In this document: piece after piece, positions 10,201 to 18,859 of the stretch
Position numbering within the stretch: position 1 is the stretch's first letter
Layout: the number at the start of each line of letters is the position of its first letter
Virus record (IMG/VR): IMGVR_UViG_3300028591_000072
Coordinates: 224,001 to 288,000 of that record
Strand: one strand, 5' to 3'
DNA length: 64,000 nucleotides
Origin: a virus
Taxonomy: Duplodnaviria; Caudoviricetes
Made by a program: the position numbers and the translations under genes
Notes under the pieces: model-generated
The model's input: only the letters and a program-made list of their open reading frames with translations
The model's database searches: none
What the model was told of the DNA's origin: nothing

Positions 10201-12483
10201 TTTTCAAATTGTCAAAGACTTACTAAAATATCAACAGGAAACGATGAATATACTTTACCAAATATTAATATAATAAACGAGAGGACATTTATCGGTTGTG
10301 AATACCTTAAGAAACTTAAGTTACCAAACACAATTAAGGAAATAAAGGATTTTTCATTCGGAGGCACTGGATTTAGAAAGGTTCTTTTAAGTACAGAAGA
10401 ACTTAATGATGAAGTACTTTTATTACCTTCTGAAATAGAAATTATACGTGGCAATGCATTTGAAACATCAAATTGGTCGGCAAATGGAAGTAATAATAAA
10501 TTAACCGTATTTTCAATACCTTCTACATTGAGTTTGTCATCAAATGAAAATGTTGTTAGGGGGCGTTATTATACCGAGTATATTTCAGAACCCGGAAATA
10601 TGAATTACATTACCGATGATGGCGTTTTATATACGACAAACAACGGTTATGACAAGTATGAACTTGTTAAATATCCGGCTGCAAAGAATGAAAACTTTGT
10701 TGAAACAATTACAATGAATGGTATAAGGACTTTTTATAATTATGCATTTTTATATTGCGGAAATATTGGAACTGTTGTTATACCAAATACGATTTTGAAC
10801 TATAATATTGGTAGCCATTGTTTTGAAAAATCCACTGTTAGAATCATTGATGCCAGAGATGCACAATTCCTTAGCAGTATACCTGATTATTGCTTCTATG
10901 ACTGCTTGTCGCTTACCGATGTATTTATGCCGATAGAACCAAATATAAGAGAAATAGGGGCATATGCGTTCTATAATTGTCCTTCGCTTACAGGACTTAC
11001 ATTGCCTGACGGAATCGAAAAACTTGGATATTATGAGGTTAGCGGAAGAAAAGAGGGAAATAATTTCTATAATTGCGGATTTCATGAATTATTATTGCCT
11101 GATACAATTAAAACATATGGAAGGCATTGTATTACAAATTGCCAAAACATTGAATATCTTAAACTTGGTAAATACATGGTTTTAACAGGTGATGAGTTTG
11201 TGACAAATTGTAAAAACTTGTCTGAAGTTGTGTTGCCAATCTTTTCATATTATTCATTTGTTTCATATGAGGTTTATGATTCAGAAGGAACATTTATTGC
11301 AGTATATGACAATGAAGAAATTGCGTTGGCAGAACAAGAAAATTATCCTGGTGGTGAAATAAGAACTGTGTATGGAGAGAATATCGTTAATAATACAAAT
11401 ATGGATTATAGGTTCATAATTGGATGCGTTAATTTAATGAAGTTTTCAATTGCTGATGGCGATAATTCTCTTGTTGGCTGTATATATGACAATGCGTTGT
11501 ACAATGTTGTAAACAATACATTAATAAAGGTTCCTTTTGGCGTTTATGGTATTGAAATAATGCCTAATACAACCGCAATTGGTCCTGGTGCATTTATGGA
11601 TTGTTCAAGAATTCTTGAAGTTACATTAATGGAAACAATTAATTCAATTGGAAATGATTCATTTAATGGATGCTCTTCAATTTCATTGTTTAAAATAATA
11701 GATGGGATTAATACAATACCGGATAGATGCTTTAGGAATTGTTCAAATTTAAGGACTTTGTTTGTTAGTAAGGATGTAAATACAATTTCATTTGCTGCGT
11801 TTGCTGGCTGTACAAAACTTTCTGAAATTTATTTCTTTAGGGAAAATGCATGTAATTTAAGATGTAATGCAATTGGCTTTGATTATCACCCATTTGGTTC
11901 ATCTAATTCAGAATATGCTGGATATGAATATAGAAATAATGGAACAAATAAATTATACATTTCCTATAATGCAAATGGATATGATAATCCTGGTACTGGT
12001 GAAGGTTCCGTTAAAGATAACAGATGGGTGGGAAATCCTATTACAAACACTTCAATGTGTGGGTACTCATATGAACCAATGAAAATTAATTCAACGTTTG
12101 TCATTAAAATTTATGATGAAACTAATGAGTTGGTTACAAATAATGTTTATGCTGTAAGCCAAAGTATGAACTTTATATCCGAAGGCGTTTATGTCTCTGT
12201 TTCTGACGGGCATGTTTTTGCTGCACTTGGCGGTGAAAATGAAACATTATACCATGGGGAAATTTTAGAAATATATTCAGACCCTGAACACGTAAATAAG
12301 ATTGGTGAAATCAATATGGATTATAACACGAAAAAATATCAGATTGGCGAACCTTCATACGGAAGCCGTATGTTGAAGTCTGAAAATCCATCAGAAGATG
12401 ATACAGTTGTTATTAGTAAAAATGAATATAATAATATTATATCTAATATAGAACTTTTGAATAAAATTATATTTGGTAAATAA
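4261..12483 (+). CDS. Giant virion/tail protein with LamG-like region, CotH-kinase-like core and BspA-type leucine-rich repeats
   Basis: Likely start MAKTYNQ at 4261. Motifs QGTSSLGYPRKNFK, KADYMESS, GQYNFVNDK, YDNDCLFG. C-terminal repeats of the form AFxxCxxLxxIxLPxxIxxIG. Confidence 0.7.
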   Translation: MAKTYNQKINRNTAWGGDMSTSGLPVAGGRVQEFIKEELNGKAGAFYRPSGGNFVYCFATKEDRDTYADASNKDEYEHLIIDRFETESNYSVYINQDTLVLSKSVIEGSTGNTVEFQFKITDKNGMVSDSKASIVFTFLASGILKKYTTEVQVKSEGWTTVVSDVIDEYLRNGENNISVTITGLSTKTSTQFVMTYNVFDLEFKTMFQYNVPKYGSVLQVPYYIKCTETKYLEFYIDGYEVESVESQTISDAVKDGTANISIGNLEIGQHSLQVRAYVRAKDGTKFYSQIHYYTFAKEGNTTPSFLMSIKLDNTQDIAVDGNLLTINSGQFEQISFDWSMYDYLSRKLVVNFEYDGNIISKNVFTLNGTISEFSFRPFNYGDDKYLRIFSVDEDNNIVFEHNIVFNVAGNDSGLKETVDGLLLKLTSNGRRNTDEDKDVWSCVGNDQNVYSANFHNFAWNAQQGWNPEYEALVVSDQAYVDFNIRPMMTNNGINNAGWEENGGTFEIDLETFDIEDENAVICECKSNIEGKSTAYFRITATNAEFSTADGKKINTRYKDNERLKIAFIGNKKGTHEDGNMIYIMVNGVLERAAMYSNTDRIWSDEILRIGSGNGGCKIRVRSIRVYDRAISVDEEFNNYVVDSENSQIIYEKNNIFKKGTNEVGFDEVANKLPVMIFTGNMNDLVKNGQDKQWRYFDVEYINRQEPERNFVSFNCQMKLQGTSSLGYPRKNFKLKTKDKLATKEYYESSNYVLDTEETEVGNRRLRSKVTGNLIDFGDFTGNCFTFGNFSSDNPLKGELLKKGKYRFRANSHKADKWTLKADYMESSCSHNVGAGRSWNDIFENTELKISNYAGYVNNTYKDTALVNRNDYSEYTKNGISYKINMNTDSFRSQKNYVCRTDAQKICWSEGADDVRTAIDGFPMVCFYRTSHAENNLVFMGQYNFVNDKGSYEVFGFEDIEDPNNEDVMIYDASQVECWEGLKNSNPISLFKTIEGWNDPDGWKSTFESRYPDPDDEGVAGKRQVDGSVGSPLYELCKWLVSTRHESDTVYGDTLDIDSSFATRINGYQYAYVTGQEQNYEYASGVNLPDNAENRQKKFETEKWEHFDVWKLAGYYIYLMRYGAVDQFVKNTMLFTDGNGRYDNRTDKKYRKWFYINYDNDCLFGLRNNGELAFHWKLDRQTIDNANDIIVDENDEYNEGNVNTYAMMGHDSTLWNNLERDDEFMRMVRDLDDSMNKSGLNYENMVTEFDTKQTEMWCERIYNANERYKYIQAAKGVGDMAGNPVDNLWMLQGTRRSHRHWWIANHFNMLDARWLSGDYKNTYVQIKTDSPAGSIIRAVAGDDYYFAWGQQKRIYESNIQKEKGEEIEFVFPTDQVQGDPVYIYAYNKMSELDFSAIANKIAAGSFEFNEGGLEVVNTLKKLVIGNQNVINRIELPTTTWGKLKNLEYLDITNYAGIKEIPFDTTIETENGEITHLSLPNLHTLKAFGSGLSSFVPVEGSNFNLAELPASVSTIKLNNVNFNNITEDFKYVPTTNLTTLEISNTNGIKMAYFRKIVEPWLNAMNSSISSDALYASAKLVLNNVDWSFDKFSDIELFENISKVNGAFVISGVIDLSTLKSISMENIEKIKQIFGENCFNKVMSAIYIKVPETVFIHTDSDSMVAGKTNVFYREIYPAENAITMDHSIVYNIVEECSETTPGAIHDTITNKYYIIVSDISSIRQGTITFENLRDENNKEIAVLTSEENEISDTDLKIMCTLSMGGVSKVSVCDFKIKKPTYASSVVITGNKSIYKNGEYVYEAVLKDNLGNAPIGTENVTWTLSMNNAERYLVSYENVDENGIRYKIVTSENEPNEEEVSETINLSIIVEHGNGRNPLIASYVCMLLNENVIMTSVSNPIMMERCYNAFDSVINRNAMTKAQAESVTDDDIDGVFSGIASEFTFNEFKYFTGITRLPSGAFGDCRRMTEITLPSTIVEIGPSAFSNCQRLTKISTGNDEYTLPNINIINERTFIGCEYLKKLKLPNTIKEIKDFSFGGTGFRKVLLSTEELNDEVLLLPSEIEIIRGNAFETSNWSANGSNNKLTVFSIPSTLSLSSNENVVRGRYYTEYISEPGNMNYITDDGVLYTTNNGYDKYELVKYPAAKNENFVETITMNGIRTFYNYAFLYCGNIGTVVIPNTILNYNIGSHCFEKSTVRIIDARDAQFLSSIPDYCFYDCLSLTDVFMPIEPNIREIGAYAFYNCPSLTGLTLPDGIEKLGYYEVSGRKEGNNFYNCGFHELLLPDTIKTYGRHCITNCQNIEYLKLGKYMVLTGDEFVTNCKNLSEVVLPIFSYYSFVSYEVYDSEGTFIAVYDNEEIALAEQENYPGGEIRTVYGENIVNNTNMDYRFIIGCVNLMKFSIADGDNSLVGCIYDNALYNVVNNTLIKVPFGVYGIEIMPNTTAIGPGAFMDCSRILEVTLMETINSIGNDSFNGCSSISLFKIIDGINTIPDRCFRNCSNLRTLFVSKDVNTISFAAFAGCTKLSEIYFFRENACNLRCNAIGFDYHPFGSSNSEYAGYEYRNNGTNKLYISYNANGYDNPGTGEGSVKDNRWVGNPITNTSMCGYSYEPMKINSTFVIKIYDETNELVTNNVYAVSQSMNFISEGVYVSVSDGHVFAALGGENETLYHGEILEIYSDPEHVNKIGEINMDYNTKKYQIGEPSYGSRMLKSENPSEDDTVVISKNEYNNIISNIELLNKIIFGK

Positions 12484-12532
12484 AATATTTGAAAAAAAAT
12501 AACTATTTATTATTATAAAAAAAAACTATAAT

Positions 12533-14038
12533 ATGGCAAGGAAAAATCAAAAATTAATAAATTATCATGGTAGTGGTAATACGCCTGATAATTTGCTATC
12601 ACAGATAGATTATGGTGAAATTGCTGTTAAGCATTCTACTGGTAATACTGCCCAGTTAATTATTAAGACTTCAGACGAAACAAGTGCTATTTTTGTTGAA
12701 AGTGCTGCTGTTGTTAGTATGATTGATTCAAGCATTTCTAGCGTTGCTGGAAATGTTGTTGAAATCGCAAAAAGTTTGTCGGCAGTAAGTTCAACGACTG
12801 TTGCGACAGAGGCTGGCTTAGAAGAACTTAAAGGCTATTATAGTGCGTTTACATCAGATGTTACTACTAACTTATCAGGCTCTGTGTCAGCACTTAGTGC
12901 TTCTGTCGTTAATAATTATTGGACTTCAGCGACAACGCAAGGAAAACTTGATGCAATAACTAGTCAAACACAGACTTTAACAACTAATTTACAAAACTTA
13001 TCAGGTGCTGTTTCAGCATTTAGTGCTACAGTTGTTGCTGATTACACGACTCATGCTGAAGCAAGCGGCATGCGTGATACTGCAATAACGAGTGCACAAA
13101 GTTACACTGATACTATTAGTGGATATATTGTAACTGATTTGCATGAGCACTATTGGACTTCAGCCACAACGCAAGAGAAACTTAATGCAATAACTAGTAA
13201 TACTGAGTCTTTAACGACTAATTTACAAAACTTATCAGGCGCTGTTTCAGCATTTAGTGCTAGTGTTGTTTCAATGAGCGCTGATGTTAAGACTTATATA
13301 GATGATAAACTTTCTGTTGTCTATAAATTCAAAGGAAGCGTTGATAATTATGCTGATTTGGCTAATATATCACAGCCTGAGAATGGAGATGTTTATAATG
13401 TTGTAAACGCAAATGGCACAATTGGTCAGCCTGGATATACGCCAGCTGGAACTAATTATGCATGGAATGAAACAGGAAGCACGTGGGATGCTCTTGGAGG
13501 CACTATTGACCTTAGTAGTTATGTGACACAAGACGAGTTAGATGGAGTTACTGGTAATGTTGAAACAATAACACAAGATTTAGGTAATTTATATACTTAT
13601 TTTAGTGGATTTAGTGGCTCTATCGTTTCCGGCTATACGACTCATGCTGAGGCAAGTGGAATGCGTGACACTGCAATAACGAGTGCGCAAAGTTATACTA
13701 ATACTGTTAGCGGTGATATTTCTAATTATTTGTATAATAATTATTGGAATTCAGCGACAACACAAGAGAACCTTAATGCAATAAATAGTCAAACAGAGAC
13801 TTTAACATCTAATTTACAAAACTTATCGGGTGCTGTTTCTGCATTTAGTGCTAACGTTGTTACTGATATAGTTCCTAAGGTTAATTCAGCTTTACAGGGC
13901 TTTGGGTTCACTGGTGATGGAGTAACTCAAGGAACCGGAAATCAAACTTTACAAAGTGGTGCAAAGGCTGATTATACAACTGGCGGTACGGCAACACTTG
14001 ACTTAACTGAATTGATTATTGATTGTGGAGATTGGTAA
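12533..14038 (+). CDS. Fibre-like virion protein with internal repeats
   Basis: N-terminal YGEIAV motif; 3x YWxSATTQxxLxAI..LQNLSGAVSAFSA and 2x YTTHAEASGMRDTAITSAQSYT; ends IDCGDW. Confidence 0.65.
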   Translation: MARKNQKLINYHGSGNTPDNLLSQIDYGEIAVKHSTGNTAQLIIKTSDETSAIFVESAAVVSMIDSSISSVAGNVVEIAKSLSAVSSTTVATEAGLEELKGYYSAFTSDVTTNLSGSVSALSASVVNNYWTSATTQGKLDAITSQTQTLTTNLQNLSGAVSAFSATVVADYTTHAEASGMRDTAITSAQSYTDTISGYIVTDLHEHYWTSATTQEKLNAITSNTESLTTNLQNLSGAVSAFSASVVSMSADVKTYIDDKLSVVYKFKGSVDNYADLANISQPENGDVYNVVNANGTIGQPGYTPAGTNYAWNETGSTWDALGGTIDLSSYVTQDELDGVTGNVETITQDLGNLYTYFSGFSGSIVSGYTTHAEASGMRDTAITSAQSYTNTVSGDISNYLYNNYWNSATTQENLNAINSQTETLTSNLQNLSGAVSAFSANVVTDIVPKVNSALQGFGFTGDGVTQGTGNQTLQSGAKADYTTGGTATLDLTELIIDCGDW

Positions 14039-14059
14039 TCAGTAAAACATATTAAAAAG

Positions 14060-14090
14060 AAAATGGGGAGCGTTTAACTCCCCATTTTTT
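14060..14090. terminator. Bidirectional intrinsic terminator
   Basis: aaaatggggag-cgtttaa-ctccccattttt between convergent genes. Confidence 0.75.
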
Positions 14091-14583
14091 ATTGTTCTTT
14101 GTTTTTTCCTTTTTTTGTCCTTAGGGCTTTTTTCCTATCTTCTTCTTCTTTTTTGTCTTGTTGAATTTTTGCCATTATTGTTGCGTTATATAGTGCTGAC
14201 TTTACTGCATCATCGTTATTAATGCAATATCCAACAGGTAACACAACTGAATTACATCCAATTATAAGTTTTTCTTTTTCAGGGTCAAAAGAAACTTGTT
14301 CCATTGAAAGTCTCAATGCCTTGTATTTATCTTCTTCACTTGCATACGAATGACCTAATTGGTCAATTCCTTCAAAGAAATCTTCATAGCATACAACAAA
14401 AACTAAATCTTCTTCTTTTGCTTTGTATTTTGTAAAATCGTTTGCTTTTACGACTTTACATACTTCTTTTGCTTTTTTAACATAAACAGGTTCAAATTTA
14501 ACCCCGTAAATATCAAGTCCTAATTTGTTTGAAATTTCATTTACCATTTCAATGGTTTCATCGGTAGCTTTACTATATTTCAT
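14089..14583 (-). CDS. Hypothetical protein
   Basis: 164-aa ORF with phage-like composition. Confidence 0.6.
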   Translation of the reverse strand: MKYSKATDETIEMVNEISNKLGLDIYGVKFEPVYVKKAKEVCKVVKANDFTKYKAKEEDLVFVVCYEDFFEGIDQLGHSYASEEDKYKALRLSMEQVSFDPEKEKLIIGCNSVVLPVGYCINNDDAVKSALYNATIMAKIQQDKKEEEDRKKALRTKKGKNKEQ

Positions 14584-14658
14584 ATTAAAAATATTTATTA
14601 AAATGTTATTTTCTTTATATTTAATATAATATACAAATGTTTTTTTAAAAAATCAACT

Positions 14659-15504
14659 ATGGAAAAGAAAGAAATTTCTAAAGAAAAGAAAAAACGTAAG
14701 AAAAGTAAGCCAAAAAAGAAAAAAAGGCCAATTGGTAGGCCAAAAAAACGTGGCCCTAAGAAGAAATACAGAAAAAAGAAAAAAGTTCTTAAAAAAAGAG
14801 GGAGAAAAGCATTACCACCATTTGCATATAAAATTATTTCGTGCAAAAACGGAAAGCAAAACAAATTGGTGGGAAAATATAGGGATATAAAGGAAGCATA
14901 TGCCGTTTTTGATGAATTGAAAGAAGAAAGTAAAAAAGTTGTGTTTCCAATGTCTTTTACTGGATGCGAAGAGTTAAAAAATTCAATAGATGAATATATA
15001 TTGATTGAGAAGAGTGAAACCAAAGAAAGTTCCATGTTAAGAAATGAATATGGGGTTATTGTAGAGCATAAGACAAATTTAGACGGGTGGGTTATTTTGG
15101 ATAAATTTAGATATGCTAGGGAGGAGACTTTTTGGGTTTGGGGATATAGTAACAATCGTGACAGAAAGACTTTCATGTGGATTTTTGAAAATCTTATACT
15201 CGATTCGTTTGACAATGTTTATGACTATAAAAGGGTGTGTACATATAAAAACAAGGTCGTTATAAAATCCGATGACGGATACATGGATATAGTGTTTTGC
15301 AAATCTATGGAAGACGCTGTAAGATTTTATAATTTGTTGGAAAAGCATTCAAAGAAGAATAAATTAAAACGAATGCTATTTATTGGGGATTTTAGTAAAT
15401 TTGGGAAACAACGTCTCAAACTTGAGTCTGAATTGATTGAATTTACTGGCTTGCCAAAGGAAAAAATACGCATGAAAAACAATAGCTTTTTCTTAAAAAA
15501 ATGA
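14659..15504 (+). CDS. Basic protein with Lys/Arg-rich N-terminus, probably nucleic-acid binding
   Basis: RPIGRPKKRGPKK AT-hook-like segment. Confidence 0.6.
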   Translation: MEKKEISKEKKKRKKSKPKKKKRPIGRPKKRGPKKKYRKKKKVLKKRGRKALPPFAYKIISCKNGKQNKLVGKYRDIKEAYAVFDELKEESKKVVFPMSFTGCEELKNSIDEYILIEKSETKESSMLRNEYGVIVEHKTNLDGWVILDKFRYAREETFWVWGYSNNRDRKTFMWIFENLILDSFDNVYDYKRVCTYKNKVVIKSDDGYMDIVFCKSMEDAVRFYNLLEKHSKKNKLKRMLFIGDFSKFGKQRLKLESELIEFTGLPKEKIRMKNNSFFLKK

Positions 15505-15580
15505 AATAATTGTGCGTTTTTATGCTATTGCTACTATTTATGGTAGATTATTAATAATAACTTAAAAACTAAAAAACAAC

Positions 15581-16873
15581 ATGCCGGATATTAGACAAAA
15601 ATTAATTCATTTACACAGTTCTAGTGTAAAAGTACCAACCGCAGCTCAATTAGAGTATGGTGAAATAGCAGTTCAATATGATGCTACTGCTCCTGTATTA
15701 TACATTAAGAATTCAAGCGGCCAAATTGTAAAATTCATTGATGAAGTTGCGGTTAAAGCGCTTTTGACAAATGTATATACATACAAAGGAAGTAAGTCAA
15801 CTTATGAAGAATTACCTGAAAGTGGTAATGTAACCGGCGATGTGTGGAATGTTGTTTCTGCTCATGGAAATGTTCCGGCAGGTACAAACTATGCATGGGA
15901 TGGGAGCCAATGGGATTCACTTGGCGGTAGCGTTGATTTGTCAAATTACATTACAAATGAGACGTTTACTGCACACACAAGCAATAAAGATGTTCACGTA
16001 TCATCAGCAGAAAAGAATGTTTGGAATAATAAACAAGAAGCATTTGAAAATGCTTCCGTTTTGAAAGAGATTACAGCACAACAAGTTTCAAATTGGGATA
16101 CTGCTGTAACAAGTTTGAGTGGGCACATTGATGATGACACAATTCACGTTACAACGGTACAAACAGGCAAATGGGATGATGCTGTTTCTGATATAAATAC
16201 ACATATATCAAATGGAACAATACACGTAACAACAGATGATAAGGAAGAGTGGAGTGGAAAACAAGATGCATTTAGCAATTCAGGCACATTGGCAACAATT
16301 ACAGATACTAAAGTAACAAATTGGGATAATGCTGCAACAAATTCACACACACATTCTAACAAGGCTTTGCTTGACACTTATTTGCAATCAGAATCTGATT
16401 TGGCTGACGCTGTTTCAAAGAAGCACAATCACGCTAATTCTGCTGCATTGGAAACGATAACAACAGAAAAAATAGCTGATTGGGATGAAGCAGCCGCTTC
16501 AGCACATACTCATGATAACAAGAGTGTTCTTGATGGAATTGATTCAACAAAGGTTACAAATTGGGATTCTGCATATAATACGGTAACTGCTCATACAGCA
16601 GACACAGACATCCATGTAACAGCACAAGACAAGACTACTTGGAGCGGAAAACAAGATGCTATTGAAGATTTGACTGACATTAGAAATAATGCTACATCAG
16701 GAAAGAACGCATATGATACAGTTGTGGCCAATAAAGATAATTGGGACGCAGCATATGCAGTTTCACAAAATGCTTTAGTTGGTATTGAATCAGGTAAAGA
16801 AAGCGGTGCTGCTGTAAATGCAAGCAGGAAACTTGATTTCTCAGGCCTTTGTATTGATTGCGGAGAATACTAA
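15581..16873 (+). CDS. Fibre-like virion protein, paralogue of 12533-14038
   Basis: YGEIAV N-terminus; shared YKGS..GDVWNV..GTNYAW..WDSLGG module; HxH/IHVT..WxxKQD fibre repeats; ends IDCGEY. Confidence 0.65.
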   Translation: MPDIRQKLIHLHSSSVKVPTAAQLEYGEIAVQYDATAPVLYIKNSSGQIVKFIDEVAVKALLTNVYTYKGSKSTYEELPESGNVTGDVWNVVSAHGNVPAGTNYAWDGSQWDSLGGSVDLSNYITNETFTAHTSNKDVHVSSAEKNVWNNKQEAFENASVLKEITAQQVSNWDTAVTSLSGHIDDDTIHVTTVQTGKWDDAVSDINTHISNGTIHVTTDDKEEWSGKQDAFSNSGTLATITDTKVTNWDNAATNSHTHSNKALLDTYLQSESDLADAVSKKHNHANSAALETITTEKIADWDEAAASAHTHDNKSVLDGIDSTKVTNWDSAYNTVTAHTADTDIHVTAQDKTTWSGKQDAIEDLTDIRNNATSGKNAYDTVVANKDNWDAAYAVSQNALVGIESGKESGAAVNASRKLDFSGLCIDCGEY

Positions 16874-16925
16874 TTAACTGTTTCTAATAATAAAAAAGGA
16901 TGTCTTAAAGGCATCCTTTTTTGTT

Positions 16926-17177
16926 TTATAATGAGAATAAATTTTTTAGCCAACAAGTTTTCTTTTTTTCTTTTGGATTCTCTTCGGCGTTTAAAACCAT
17001 CGGAGGAGGTTGCTGAAGCGGAATATATGCTTGATTTGTAAATCCTAGTTCAATTTCTTTTCCGTATTGTTCAATTAGTTTTTTCTTAAAGGTTTCATTG
17101 CTTGCTTTTATTGCAATTTCGCTTGCCTTCAAGTCACCTTTTAAACCATTTAATTCTTTTTTTGTGAAAAAATCCAT
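16926..17177 (-). CDS. Hypothetical protein
   Basis: 83-aa ORF in minus-strand operon. Confidence 0.55.
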   Translation of the reverse strand: MDFFTKKELNGLKGDLKASEIAIKASNETFKKKLIEQYGKEIELGFTNQAYIPLQQPPPMVLNAEENPKEKKKTCWLKNLFSL

Positions 17178-17178
17178 A

Positions 17179-17589
17179 TTAGTGTACGTTTATTGTATCA
17201 TTATCTTCTTCAAAATCCTGTATTTGGTTTCCTTGGCCTAAATTTTCAAAGAAACTTTCAACATTATGCATAATCCATACTATTCCAGATGTAAAGAAAC
17301 AGTCTAATATTAAAGCGAGCCACCAGAGGCCAGTTCCTGCCAATAGAATGTTGAATGGTGTGAAAGCTATATCTTTTATCAAAAACCAATCAATAAGACT
17401 TAAAACCCACCCTAAATTAGCTGGAAAGCACATCATACATTTAAATAATGAGCCGAAATGCTCTGAAATCTTATCTGTAATGCTTCTTATGTGCTCAAAA
17501 ATTCTAAATGGCCCGCTTCCAAATACCATCATATTTGAAAACCCATAAGCGGCAATACAATATAGGAATAAAATAAACCAATTACTCAT
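17179..17589 (-). CDS. Membrane protein, DUF1360-like
   Basis: Three hydrophobic segments; IFEHIR and LFKCMMC motifs. Confidence 0.55.
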   Translation of the reverse strand: MSNWFILFLYCIAAYGFSNMMVFGSGPFRIFEHIRSITDKISEHFGSLFKCMMCFPANLGWVLSLIDWFLIKDIAFTPFNILLAGTGLWWLALILDCFFTSGIVWIMHNVESFFENLGQGNQIQDFEEDNDTINVH

Positions 17590-18052
17590 CTTTATCTTCT
17601 TCGTTTTTATTATTTATTTCTTCTTTTTTTTTAATGTCTTGTTTTGGTATAATTAGTGAAGATTCTTGATTTTTTGACTTGTAGTCAAATTTTAATGTCC
17701 TTAATTCTTCTATTGTTATGTTTTCATCTTCAAACAATGATTTTAGTTCTGTTGTTTTTTTTGAAAGCAGTTGTGCCCTTTCTATTGCTTCTTTCATTCT
17801 ATCAATATTGTAGTCTATTGCATCAAATAATACCTGTTCACCTGATTCGATGTCGGTACAGAAATAATATTCATTTATATTTGTTCCTTGGCTTATAGTG
17901 ACACCGAATTTTTGTTCTAAATCTTCATCTATAATCCATCCGTGTGGGAATGAAACAACTACATATATAACCTGTGAGCCATCGTCAACAGTTGTTATTT
18001 GCATTTGTTTAAAATATTTTGAAATTTTTTTGATTCTGTCTTTGATATCCAT
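17582..18052 (-). CDS. Hypothetical protein
   Basis: 156-aa ORF overlapping the next gene. Confidence 0.6.
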   Translation of the reverse strand: MDIKDRIKKISKYFKQMQITTVDDGSQVIYVVVSFPHGWIIDEDLEQKFGVTISQGTNINEYYFCTDIESGEQVLFDAIDYNIDRMKEAIERAQLLSKKTTELKSLFEDENITIEELRTLKFDYKSKNQESSLIIPKQDIKKKEEINNKNEEDKDE

Positions 18053-18148
18053 TATTTCTTTTTAGAAAAATATACAAATTTTGGTTTATAATGTCAAACA
18101 AAAAAAGCCGCTTTTGGCGGCTTATTTGTTAAATATATAAGATAGTTA

Positions 18149-18841
18149 TTATTCGTTATTAAATAAGACTGCAAATGTTGATGAATATTTCATTAAGACT
18201 CTTCTTATTTCTTCTTTACTTGGGATATTGTCTTTTGATGTATATACAACTCCGATTACGCCTGATGGATTATATGTTCCATACATCATTATTGCTGCCA
18301 TATATACAACATCTTCGTTTTTCAATCTGTAGTAAAGTTCAGGGTCTAAATTCACCAAATAATCAACAGGTTCTGCATAAAAGTTATTTTGGTATAATTC
18401 AGTTGCCCATGGATATCTTGATAGTCTTACATTTTTATATTCGCTTTCAAGCCATTGGTATGCTGATTTTGGTTCTGCATATGTAAGGTCAACATATAAG
18501 AACGGAAGACCGGCAAGATTTGAGCCACCGTTATGTGTTTCCAATATATAAGCTCTGTCTGCGTTCAATTCTGCTTTTAAAGCAATTAGGTTTTGTCTTA
18601 TGGATGGCTCATTGTTTAATCTTTTTATTACAGATTCTGTATGCTGTTCGCTGACGATTTTTTCAAAACGCTTTACCAATCCTTCTGGATTAAATACAAA
18701 TTGGCCAACGACAGAAACTAAGAAAACCATCATTAAAGTTATTATTATGTTTTGTATTCCTGCTTTTTTTATAAATCCGAATAATTTTTCAAACCATGTT
18801 AATGTGGCGTTTACTTGTTCAATTTTTTTATCGTTTTCCAT
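18149..18841 (-). CDS. Putative holin-like protein (single TM plus GAF-like domain, T4 gp t architecture)
   Basis: N-terminal TM followed by ADRAYILETHNGG GAF-like segment. Confidence 0.5.
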   Translation of the reverse strand: MENDKKIEQVNATLTWFEKLFGFIKKAGIQNIIITLMMVFLVSVVGQFVFNPEGLVKRFEKIVSEQHTESVIKRLNNEPSIRQNLIALKAELNADRAYILETHNGGSNLAGLPFLYVDLTYAEPKSAYQWLESEYKNVRLSRYPWATELYQNNFYAEPVDYLVNLDPELYYRLKNEDVVYMAAIMMYGTYNPSGVIGVVYTSKDNIPSKEEIRRVLMKYSSTFAVLFNNE

Positions 18842-18859
18842 TTTTTAACCTCAACTTTA

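Noticed and set aside
12900-13860. Diversity-generating retroelement template/variable repeat pair
   Set aside because: Repeats are in-frame within one gene, differences are not confined to adenines, and no reverse transcriptase is in the window.
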